Shown: positions 9,413 through 17,498 of the stretch, in pieces
Numbering within the stretch: position 1 is the first letter of the stretch
Layout of the letters: each line of letters opens with the position of its first letter
Assembly: GCA_963700155.1 (NCBI GenBank)
Contig: OY969472.1
Coordinates: forward strand, 445,511-509,510
Direction of reading: 5' to 3'
DNA: 64,000 bases
Source: an uncultured bacterium
GTDB taxonomy: Bacteria > Patescibacteriota > Dojkabacteria > J137
Program-made: the position numbers and the translations under genes
Notes under the pieces: generated by a model
The model's database searches: none
Seen by the model: only the letters and a program-made list of their open reading frames with translations
What the model was told of the DNA's origin: nothing

Positions 9413-10534
9413 TTGATTAAATTGTACTCAGTAAGTATTTACAAAAATATGAGTATATTTAATCGAAAGTCAAAAGCGACTAGTGTTTTATTAGCGCTAG
9501 TATTAATTATAAGTTTTCCTTTATCCTTCTTTTTAAACAGTAGGGTAGATGCAGCTACATTTGGGAACTTTTCAGTTAGACCTTCAAGAGTAGAAGCTAG
9601 TATTACTGATGTTAACTTTCTTATAAAAGCTCAACCTGTGACAACTGCGACAGAAGATGAAGTTCAAGTTACTTTTGGAACTGGATACACAGTTGATGGA
9701 ACACCAGGTAATATTTCAGTTTCAACAACAGCAGTCTCCTCTTGGGATACTGATTGTGCAAATGCATGGCCTAGTATCGGAACAACTGCAACAGGTGTTT
9801 CTTCACAAGTTGTAACATTTGCATCCGGAGATCTTACTGTTGGACAAGTTTATTGTTTTATAATAACTGCAGGGATTGATAATCCCGCAAGTATTGGGAA
9901 TTATACAGTGGCAGTCGATACATTACAATCAAGTGCAACAGTTGATTCTGGAGTAATGTCCTTACCTATAATAGATGATGACTCAGTTGTTATAACCGCT
10001 TCAGTTGCACCTTTTGTAAGATGTGATGTGGGTACTACAAATGGTTTTAGCGATAATGCAGTTGATCTTGGAGTTTTACAATATGGTACTGTAAAAACTT
10101 CTTCAGAAGATATTAGATTAGGTCTTGGAACTAATTCTGTCGGTGGTGCAACACTTTATTACACCAGTACAAATGGAGGTTTAAATTCAAGCTCAGGGTC
10201 TTATACTTTAACAGGACCTACTGCAGAAGGGACTCTATCTCCAACAGTTTTAGATTGCACAGGAGCAACACCGTGTTTTGGTATTTACTATAGTGGTGTT
10301 TCTTCAACAAGTACAGGTTCAATAGCTGCAGATTCCAACTTCACAGGTTTAACAGCTACAGATGCAGCAGGTCCTTTAACTACTGCGGCGTATGGCCAGT
10401 CTGTTGCATCTTCATCAGGAGCACTATCTAATGGAGTAATTGAATTTAATGTAAATGCAACTGCTTCAGAGCAAGCCCCAGCTGCTTCAGATTATACTGA
10501 TACCTTAACATTTACTTGCAAAGCTGACTTGTAA
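9413..10534 (+). CDS. Secreted Thr/Ser-rich surface protein, WxL-like C-terminal motif (paralogue of 12465-13646)
   Basis: It has an N-terminal signal/TM segment. The body is T/S/G-rich. The C-terminus ...ASDYTDTLTFTCKADL resembles the WxL-domain terminal motif (Y-x-G-T-[LI]-T-W-x-L), with F in place of W. Confidence 0.5.
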   Translation: MIKLYSVSIYKNMSIFNRKSKATSVLLALVLIISFPLSFFLNSRVDAATFGNFSVRPSRVEASITDVNFLIKAQPVTTATEDEVQVTFGTGYTVDGTPGNISVSTTAVSSWDTDCANAWPSIGTTATGVSSQVVTFASGDLTVGQVYCFIITAGIDNPASIGNYTVAVDTLQSSATVDSGVMSLPIIDDDSVVITASVAPFVRCDVGTTNGFSDNAVDLGVLQYGTVKTSSEDIRLGLGTNSVGGATLYYTSTNGGLNSSSGSYTLTGPTAEGTLSPTVLDCTGATPCFGIYYSGVSSTSTGSIAADSNFTGLTATDAAGPLTTAAYGQSVASSSGALSNGVIEFNVNATASEQAPAASDYTDTLTFTCKADL

Positions 10535-10573
10535 ATTTCATAATTATAGGTAAATTTTGATTCTTAGTTTTGT

Positions 10574-11611
10574 ATGAAAAAAAACTTCTTTATAATCTTA
10601 ATCTTTGTAATAATCTCTTTTATAATTATACAAAAAGTAAGGGCTCAGGAAACTGGAGTTATTGTTTCACCACCAACATTCAGTAAAAATTTGCAAGAAG
10701 GAACAAGCTATAACCAATTATTTAACGTAACAAACCAGAAAACCCAGGATAATGAATTTTTTATAACGACAAGGGACATTACAGTTGATGATAATGGTCA
10801 GTTTACTTCAGTAGAAAATCAAGATGGTAATAATGAATCTACTTTTGTAAAAAATGGATGGCTTACAATAACCCCAAGTTCTTTTTTTTTAAAGAGAGGA
10901 GAGTCCAACCAGTTTTCAGCACATTTTGATGTCCCATTAAATTTTCCTACTCATGGTTATTATTTTGAAATTGTTGTTACTACCAAAAAACCACAAGAAC
11001 AAGGTGGTAAAGTTGGATTAGTGACTGAAGTCGCTATACCATTGAGTGTAAATTACATTGGGAAAGAGGATGAAATAAGGAAATTCGCTATTGCCACTTT
11101 TGACAGTACATCTGATGCATTTACTACTACAAACTTTTTGTATGAGTATCCTCCAGTTGAATTTAAAACTGTACTTCAAAATATTGGGAATGTAAATGTT
11201 GTACCAACTGGTGAAATCTTTATTTCAAGAGACAATTCTTTTTCAAATGTTATTGCTACTATTCCTTTCAATCCAACAGGACAAACAGGTTTTGCAGGCA
11301 CTTTCAGAGAATTTCAAAACACTTGGGATGGTGGTTTCTTAACATTAGATGATAATAATAGACTACAAGTAAATTTTAATCAGCTTAGTGACTTTAGAAT
11401 AGGGCAGTATTATGCTCAGCTTAATGTTGTTTGGGATGGGCTGCAAGGTAAAGAATTTGAGAATAGAATAATTACATTCTGGATAATTCCTTGGAAATTA
11501 ATATTACTTTTAGTTGGTATAATAATTGTAATAATATTCTTACTGATAAGAGGGAGAAGAATTAAAAGAAGAAAAAACAAACAGCAAATATTTACAAATT
11601 TTAATCAATAA
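10574..11611 (+). CDS. Cell-surface protein with N-terminal signal peptide and C-terminal TM + basic tail (DUF916-like, CscA-type)
   Basis: The signal peptide is MKKNFFIILIFVIISFIIIQKVRA. The C-terminal anchor is LILLLVGIIIVIIFLLIRGRRIKRRKNKQ. The N-domain pattern (P..NLQ...SYNQLF.V.NQ....DNGQF) recalls DUF916. Confidence 0.5.
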   Translation: MKKNFFIILIFVIISFIIIQKVRAQETGVIVSPPTFSKNLQEGTSYNQLFNVTNQKTQDNEFFITTRDITVDDNGQFTSVENQDGNNESTFVKNGWLTITPSSFFLKRGESNQFSAHFDVPLNFPTHGYYFEIVVTTKKPQEQGGKVGLVTEVAIPLSVNYIGKEDEIRKFAIATFDSTSDAFTTTNFLYEYPPVEFKTVLQNIGNVNVVPTGEIFISRDNSFSNVIATIPFNPTGQTGFAGTFREFQNTWDGGFLTLDDNNRLQVNFNQLSDFRIGQYYAQLNVVWDGLQGKEFENRIITFWIIPWKLILLLVGIIIVIIFLLIRGRRIKRRKNKQQIFTNFNQ

Positions 11612-11613
11612 TA

Positions 11614-12468
11614 ATGGCTCAAGGTATCACATTTCTACCATCAATTTATGAGTTAGAGCTCAGTAAGGGGGATACTTTAAAGCTGACCGGAGCAATTACT
11701 AATGACACGGATAAGTCGATAGTATTTACACTTGATAAAAAGAATGTTTCTATAGATTCAATAGCTCAAGGGAATTTAAATCTTATCGATTATGCACAGT
11801 TTACACCTGCTGATTGGATTATTTTAAGCAATGATAAAATACAGGTTAGTTCTCATCAAACTAAAAACTTCAATTTTGAAATTAAACTACCTAAAAATGC
11901 AGATATCAAAGATTACTACCCTTTAATTCTATTACAAAATGAAGAGAGTAAAAAGCAAGCAGATATTGGAGTTAATTATAAAGTAGCGGTACCAATACTT
12001 GTAAATATAAAAGAACAGACTGAACCAGCACAGGATTTTATTAAAATTACAGATTTCAGGAACGCCAATAATATTGTTACAAATTTAAATCTTAATCTTA
12101 GTTTTGGAATAAATAATTTAAGTAAAAACTTTGTAAAACCTTCAGGAATAATAAAAATTTATGATAATAATGGCCAACTTTTAGAAAACTTACCTCGAAT
12201 AAATGATGATTTTAAAACAGTTTTACCAGGACAGGTTTTAAGCGAGAATATAAACTGGGATGGAGCAGAGAATACTTTTTCAATTATTCCTAAATTTGGA
12301 AATTATAAAATTCAACTTGAAGTTTATACTGATCCAGCAGAACAACCTGTTGTGATGGAGTCTAACTTTTTTATTTTACCAATTTATCATATTATTGCAG
12401 CAATATTGTTAATTGTTGCTGCAGTATTCATAATAATCAGATTAAGAAAAAGAAGAATTAATCGTTAA
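11614..12468 (+). CDS. Cell-surface protein with C-terminal TM + basic tail (DUF3324-like)
   Basis: 284 aa. The C-terminal anchor is IIAAILLIVAAVFIIIRLRKRRINR. It is translationally coupled (3-nt gap) to the upstream DUF916-like gene. Confidence 0.45.
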   Translation: MAQGITFLPSIYELELSKGDTLKLTGAITNDTDKSIVFTLDKKNVSIDSIAQGNLNLIDYAQFTPADWIILSNDKIQVSSHQTKNFNFEIKLPKNADIKDYYPLILLQNEESKKQADIGVNYKVAVPILVNIKEQTEPAQDFIKITDFRNANNIVTNLNLNLSFGINNLSKNFVKPSGIIKIYDNNGQLLENLPRINDDFKTVLPGQVLSENINWDGAENTFSIIPKFGNYKIQLEVYTDPAEQPVVMESNFFILPIYHIIAAILLIVAAVFIIIRLRKRRINR

Positions 12469-13646
12469 ATGCTACCAGCAACAAGAAAAGTTAAAGTATC
12501 TGTATAATCCCCTGCACTTATAGTAGTTTCGTCAGCTTTAGCTTTCACATAATAACTAATTCTTCCCTCATAAACCGGTGAACTTGAAGAATTTAATATT
12601 TCAGTCCCAGGAAAAACATCCGAAATACCACCTACGATGTTTCCACTCTGACTAAAACTACTAGTCGCTTGAAGTGGACCTAAATAAGTTTGTGTTGTTG
12701 AATATTCTTGTATTCCAAATCCTTTAGCAGAATCTAAATCAACATCTATAGAGGGGATTGTATTACTAGAAGAAGCACTAAAAAGACCTCCATTCAAACT
12801 TTCTCCAAACACCTGAACTCCTTGAGTCATATTTGTTCCTACATCCATCCAGATTAGGTTGGCGGCGGTCGAAACATTCGGATAAGTAATCGTCCCAAGA
12901 TCAACAGCATATGGTCCGCCTGTTTCGACCGCCGCTCCAGAAGTATTTGCAATATCAATATCAAAAGTTATCATTGGATAAGAAGTTGTTGTATTTGCAT
13001 CAGTACTAGGTTCAGTTTCAGTAAAATCACCATGCAAAGCTGTTAACTTCAAATAATAAGTTGTATTTGGATTTAATCCTAAAATATTAAATGTTGGAGT
13101 TTCCCACGAAGATTCAGTTAAATAATCATTAATATCATGACTTGCAGCATTTTCTATCAAAAATGTTGAACCATCAATATATTGCCAGGTGCTCCATGAT
13201 GGATCAGTAGAAATTCTTACACTATATAAAGTGTCACTGGGGTTATCCTGTGGATCTATCTCAAACCTAGCTTTGTTAAAACATCCCCCTTGTCCACAAA
13301 CTTCAACCATTCCAGCTGTAACAGCAGGATTATCACAAGCACTAGACCCTGAGGATATAGTTTCAAAACATTTTACTTTCGGAACGTTTGCTTTCCATGT
13401 GTTTGTAACTCCTGTTCCAAGTGTATAATTATTTGAACTAAATCTTACATCATTTAATATTTCATCTCCTGAGATCAAGCTTTTTAAATTTGTTCCATCA
13501 ACTGAATTTTCTCCAGTTGTAGAAAAAGTAAAATCTTTAATTTTTAAATTATTTGAATCTAAATCTTCTGCAAAAATAACACTTGAAAATAATGTTGTGA
13601 TTAGAAAAAAAAATATAAGAATTTTTAGAGTATTTATTTTATTCAT
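12465..13646 (-). CDS. Secreted surface protein, WxL-like C-terminal motif (paralogue of 9413-10534)
   Basis: The signal peptide is MNKINTLKILIFFFLITTLFSSVIFA. The C-terminus ...AGDYTDTLTFLVAGSI shares the DYTDTLTF motif and internal blocks (VDLG...GTN...GG...NGGL) with the 9413 protein. Confidence 0.5.
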   Translation of the reverse strand: MNKINTLKILIFFFLITTLFSSVIFAEDLDSNNLKIKDFTFSTTGENSVDGTNLKSLISGDEILNDVRFSSNNYTLGTGVTNTWKANVPKVKCFETISSGSSACDNPAVTAGMVEVCGQGGCFNKARFEIDPQDNPSDTLYSVRISTDPSWSTWQYIDGSTFLIENAASHDINDYLTESSWETPTFNILGLNPNTTYYLKLTALHGDFTETEPSTDANTTTSYPMITFDIDIANTSGAAVETGGPYAVDLGTITYPNVSTAANLIWMDVGTNMTQGVQVFGESLNGGLFSASSSNTIPSIDVDLDSAKGFGIQEYSTTQTYLGPLQATSSFSQSGNIVGGISDVFPGTEILNSSSSPVYEGRISYYVKAKADETTISAGDYTDTLTFLVAGSI

Positions 13647-13805
13647 ATAACGTTCATTCTAATTGTTAGAAGACTACAAAGTCAAACTTTCTTAAGCAAT
13701 AAATTATTGACACCAGGTATCTATTCCTATAAGCTGTATTATTGAACTATTAACCTTTTTATTTAACTTTGCACGACTGCTTTTGATATATACTAATTAA
13801 ATATC

Positions 13806-16800
13806 GTGCACAAAGTTAACTCAATAAACAGAAGAGAATTTTTCATTGCTATATTTAGCATTCTTTTTTGTATATTTATTTTACTCAATCAAAGAATTCA
13901 GCATGTATTCGCAGCTTCAAATAGTACAATTTCTATCCAAGGTAAAATTGTAGATAAAAACGACGGGACTAATGTAACTTCGTCAAGTGTAGCTTGCATA
14001 AATAATGGAGGTCCGGATGCTTGCAAATTTAGAGTTAGTATTTATGATGGAAATACTGGAAGCGATACTCTACTATGGCAAGAAACTCATACAAATGTTG
14101 AAATCGGGGATACTGGAGGAATATTTAATTTGAACTTGAACTCAATTTGTGGAAGCTGGGACAATCCCACTACTCCATGCAGTGGAAGTGGAATTACTTG
14201 GGGCAGCGGGGATCTATATATTCAAATCGATGTTGATGTAGATAATGACAATAGTTATTCCGAATCCTTCCCCGCTGCCCCGGCAGATAGACCGTTATTT
14301 ACTAGTGTTCCATATTCATACTACTCTGATGTTGCTGGGACAGTTCCTGCAAACAGTTTAGATTTCACTGAGTTTAAAGATACAATGACATTAGATAATT
14401 CAACTATTATAGATTTTGGATCATCTACAAATAGTTTTACTCTTCTAAATAATGGTTCTGGTGATGGTATTGTAAATTTAACTTCTACTGGTGGATTTAA
14501 TATCCAAAGTGGTGGTAACACATACGCACAATTCACGGCAGCCGGAAATGTAGGAATTGGATTAGCTACAGCACCGGATGGGAAATTACAAATTAAAACA
14601 GATAGTACTGCTGCATCGGGTAGTACTTACGGACTGCATGTTAATGGTTCACAATCTACTGCAAATTCAGGTTCTTATTATGGAGTATATTCAAATCCAA
14701 GTTATACTGCTGCCTCCGGTAATACGTTAAGTTTTCTTTATGGAGGCAATTTTAGCCCCTATAACGGATCAACAGGAACAATTTCATATTTATATGGTCT
14801 ATATAGTGGACCTAATAATACTGTTGGGGGTTCGATTGGTTCAATCTATGGGTTAAGTGCAGCACCAACAAATTCTTCAAGTGGTTCTATAACATCAATG
14901 TATGGAATTTCAGCTGTAACTATAAAATCAGGCACTGGTACAATTGGTACTGCATATGCATTGTATGGACAAGTGAGGAATAATAACGCAACTGGGGCAA
15001 TTACAACTGGATATGGTCTTTATATCGACACACCAGCCACAACTGGAGCTATTACAAATAACTGGGGTATTTATCAAGCTGATACTGCAGGCTTAAACTA
15101 TTTTGGAAATAAAAGCAGTTTTGGAACAACTACTGCGACAGCATATTTAAATTTAGCTCCAAGCACCACATCACAAGCTAGTTTAAGATTAGTAAGCAGT
15201 GCAGGCACAGATCCTTCTTCTGCTAATAGTGGAGATTTATGGTGGAATGGAACTAACCTTTACTTTAATGATGGTGGCTCAAATACTGATCTCTTAGCTG
15301 GAGGTGGTTGTGGAGGTAGCTGCTTTGAACAGGGAGGAAATGCTTTTGGTGCAACTGGTGTTCTTGGTACAACAGATTCTAATGATGTCTCAGTTATAAC
15401 TAATGGAACTAATAAATTATATATACAAGATTCTACCGGTAATGTTGGTGTTGGTAATAATAATCCTACTTCACTTTTCTCGGTTGGCTCTTCATCTGAA
15501 TTTCAAATAGATTCTTCTGGTAATATCGTTAACTTAGGTGGTGCTGCTCATTCTATTGCTAACTCATCTGGTGCTCTTAATATTGATTCTGCTTCAACAG
15601 GAGCTATTAATATTGGGACATCTTCTAATGCTAAAACTATTACTGTTGGTAACACTACTGGTGCTACTGGTTTAGTCTTTAACTCTGGTACAGCTGGTAT
15701 TTCATCTACTTCTACTGCGACATCTGGTAATGCATTTTCATATACTGCTAATTCTCTTAGTAGTGGTAATGGTCTTTATGTTACATCAACCGCTGCTTCC
15801 TTCTCTGGTTCTTTAGCTAAAATTTTCTGGAATCCTACTTCTGGTAGTACTGCTACTGGTGATTTATTTACTATTGACACTGCTGGTGGAAGTGTTTTAG
15901 GTAACTTATTCAATGTTAAAGATGGTGGTAGTTCTTTATTCTCTGTTTCTCAGACTCAGGTCACTTCCACCATTCCTGTTCAATTTAATGCTCCTGGTGA
16001 TGTTGCAATTGCGTATGATATTGTTTTAACAAATCCTGTAGCATCATTTGTAAAGTCAAACTCTAATTTAAATTTACAGGCTGGAGCATCTTTTGCATCA
16101 TCAAATTTAACTTTAAGTACATTTAATAGCGGGATGATCGTTCTTGATTCTGCTACTGTTTATGCTAATGGGAATGTAGGCATCGGAGTCTCTCCTTCTT
16201 ACAAGCTTGATGTTCTGGCAAGTGGGACAGGAGTAATCGCTAGATTTAATAGCGCTAATACTACTGGTTGTACTCTAGCTACTGGTGGAACTATTTCTTG
16301 TTCTTCTGATGTTAAATTAAAACAAGATATTGCTGATATTAATTATGGAATCGGCACTGTAATGCAGCTTAGACCTGTCTCATTCAACTGGAGAAATCAA
16401 GATAATCCTTATAAAAGTTTAGGGTTTATTGCACAAGATGTTAATTCAATTTTACCTAATTTAGTAACAGTTGATTCAGCTTCTGGGAACATGGAGTTAA
16501 ATTCTATCGGATTTATTCCAATATTAACTAAAGCAATCCAAGATCAGCAGGAAGAGATTACTGCAATGCAGTCAGTTTTAGGTATTTCAACAAACGGGAG
16601 TGCAGCTCATATTTTAACGCAGGAAAATATTCTAAGTTATTTAAACAATACAACAATTCCTAATTTTAAAGTTAAAAAAATCACTATAAATGAACAGCTT
16701 ATTGCTAAATCTGTTGTAGTCGTAGGTGATACTACGTTTATTGGTAAGGTTAGTGTTGGAAGCGATACTGCAGGGAAAGCAACTATAAAAGCAGGGGAAA

Positions 16801-17012
16801 GTAATGTTAAGGTAATGTTCTCATCATCATATCAAGAAGCACCTATTGTAACTGTAACCGCCGTAAATTCATCTGTAATCTATAAAGTTAAAAATATTTC
16901 AAACAATGGATTTACAATCGAATTGAGTAATCCAGAGACAAGCGATATTGAATTTAATTGGATTACAGTTGGAATAACTCAAAGTACACCAGCTTCATAC
17001 CCACTTAATTAA
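13806..17012 (+). CDS. Large secreted fibre-like protein: Gly/Thr/Ser-rich beta-repeat body + tail-fibre intramolecular chaperone (Peptidase S74-like) domain + C-terminal H-type-lectin-like domain
   Basis: 1068 aa with an N-terminal TM/signal. CSSDVKLKQDIADINYGIGTVMQLRPVSFNWRNQ...LGFIAQDVNSILPNLV matches the Ser-Lys autoproteolytic chaperone domain of phage tail spikes and endosialidases. The terminal segment VKVMFSSSYQEAPIVTVTAV...NNGFTIEL...IEFNWITVG resembles an H_lectin domain. Confidence 0.7.
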   Translation: MHKVNSINRREFFIAIFSILFCIFILLNQRIQHVFAASNSTISIQGKIVDKNDGTNVTSSSVACINNGGPDACKFRVSIYDGNTGSDTLLWQETHTNVEIGDTGGIFNLNLNSICGSWDNPTTPCSGSGITWGSGDLYIQIDVDVDNDNSYSESFPAAPADRPLFTSVPYSYYSDVAGTVPANSLDFTEFKDTMTLDNSTIIDFGSSTNSFTLLNNGSGDGIVNLTSTGGFNIQSGGNTYAQFTAAGNVGIGLATAPDGKLQIKTDSTAASGSTYGLHVNGSQSTANSGSYYGVYSNPSYTAASGNTLSFLYGGNFSPYNGSTGTISYLYGLYSGPNNTVGGSIGSIYGLSAAPTNSSSGSITSMYGISAVTIKSGTGTIGTAYALYGQVRNNNATGAITTGYGLYIDTPATTGAITNNWGIYQADTAGLNYFGNKSSFGTTTATAYLNLAPSTTSQASLRLVSSAGTDPSSANSGDLWWNGTNLYFNDGGSNTDLLAGGGCGGSCFEQGGNAFGATGVLGTTDSNDVSVITNGTNKLYIQDSTGNVGVGNNNPTSLFSVGSSSEFQIDSSGNIVNLGGAAHSIANSSGALNIDSASTGAINIGTSSNAKTITVGNTTGATGLVFNSGTAGISSTSTATSGNAFSYTANSLSSGNGLYVTSTAASFSGSLAKIFWNPTSGSTATGDLFTIDTAGGSVLGNLFNVKDGGSSLFSVSQTQVTSTIPVQFNAPGDVAIAYDIVLTNPVASFVKSNSNLNLQAGASFASSNLTLSTFNSGMIVLDSATVYANGNVGIGVSPSYKLDVLASGTGVIARFNSANTTGCTLATGGTISCSSDVKLKQDIADINYGIGTVMQLRPVSFNWRNQDNPYKSLGFIAQDVNSILPNLVTVDSASGNMELNSIGFIPILTKAIQDQQEEITAMQSVLGISTNGSAAHILTQENILSYLNNTTIPNFKVKKITINEQLIAKSVVVVGDTTFIGKVSVGSDTAGKATIKAGESNVKVMFSSSYQEAPIVTVTAVNSSVIYKVKNISNNGFTIELSNPETSDIEFNWITVGITQSTPASYPLN
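15600..16700 (+). repeat. ~1.1-kb near-identical duplicated segment, copy A (partner at 21306-22415), mosaic with a more divergent ~200-bp core
   Basis: Direct nucleotide comparison: 15600-16010 versus 21306-21715 and 16215-16695 versus 21920-22415 differ only by scattered SNPs. 16010-16215 versus 21715-21920 is clearly more divergent. Confidence 0.8.
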
Positions 17013-17380
17013 GGAGTAGAATTTGAATTACTTTGAGAGATTTGGGCTACATTTACAATCTTATTTACAGATGCTCTATAAATAATTGCCTCAGAAGTAA
17101 AAATAATTAGAGTATCACCATTAACAGCATTTTTATAAAATTCCGGGTCTTCGTTTTTTAACTGGTCAATATTACTAATAGTAGCAATTTTAGGATTAGA
17201 CTCATCGGGTAATATTATTAAGTCAGTAAGATTAGAAATAATACTTTCTTTTGTTGATTGTTGAGATTGTAAATCTACTTGATTTTTTAAGATCACATAT
17301 TGATATACCAAGAAACCCATTACAGTTAAGAAAATGAGCACTATTAGAATTAACAAAATATTTTTATTTTTTTTAACCAT
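17009..17380 (-). CDS. Small single-pass membrane protein carrying one copy of a novel ~45-aa repeat (shared with 35988-36707)
   Basis: 123 aa. The N-terminal TM is ILLILIVLIFLTVMGFLVY. The repeat is ...PKIATISNIDQLKNEDPEFYKNAVNGDTLIIFTSEAIIYRASVNKIVNV. Confidence 0.55.
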   Translation of the reverse strand: MVKKNKNILLILIVLIFLTVMGFLVYQYVILKNQVDLQSQQSTKESIISNLTDLIILPDESNPKIATISNIDQLKNEDPEFYKNAVNGDTLIIFTSEAIIYRASVNKIVNVAQISQSNSNSTP

Positions 17381-17498
17381 AAAAAGTGACTTAAATATTG
17401 ATATAGACAGCGTTTCAGTCTAGAATAAATCGTAAACCATTTTTTTTGGAATATCAACTATATCTTTATAAGAAAAGTTGGTTATTAATTAACAGATA

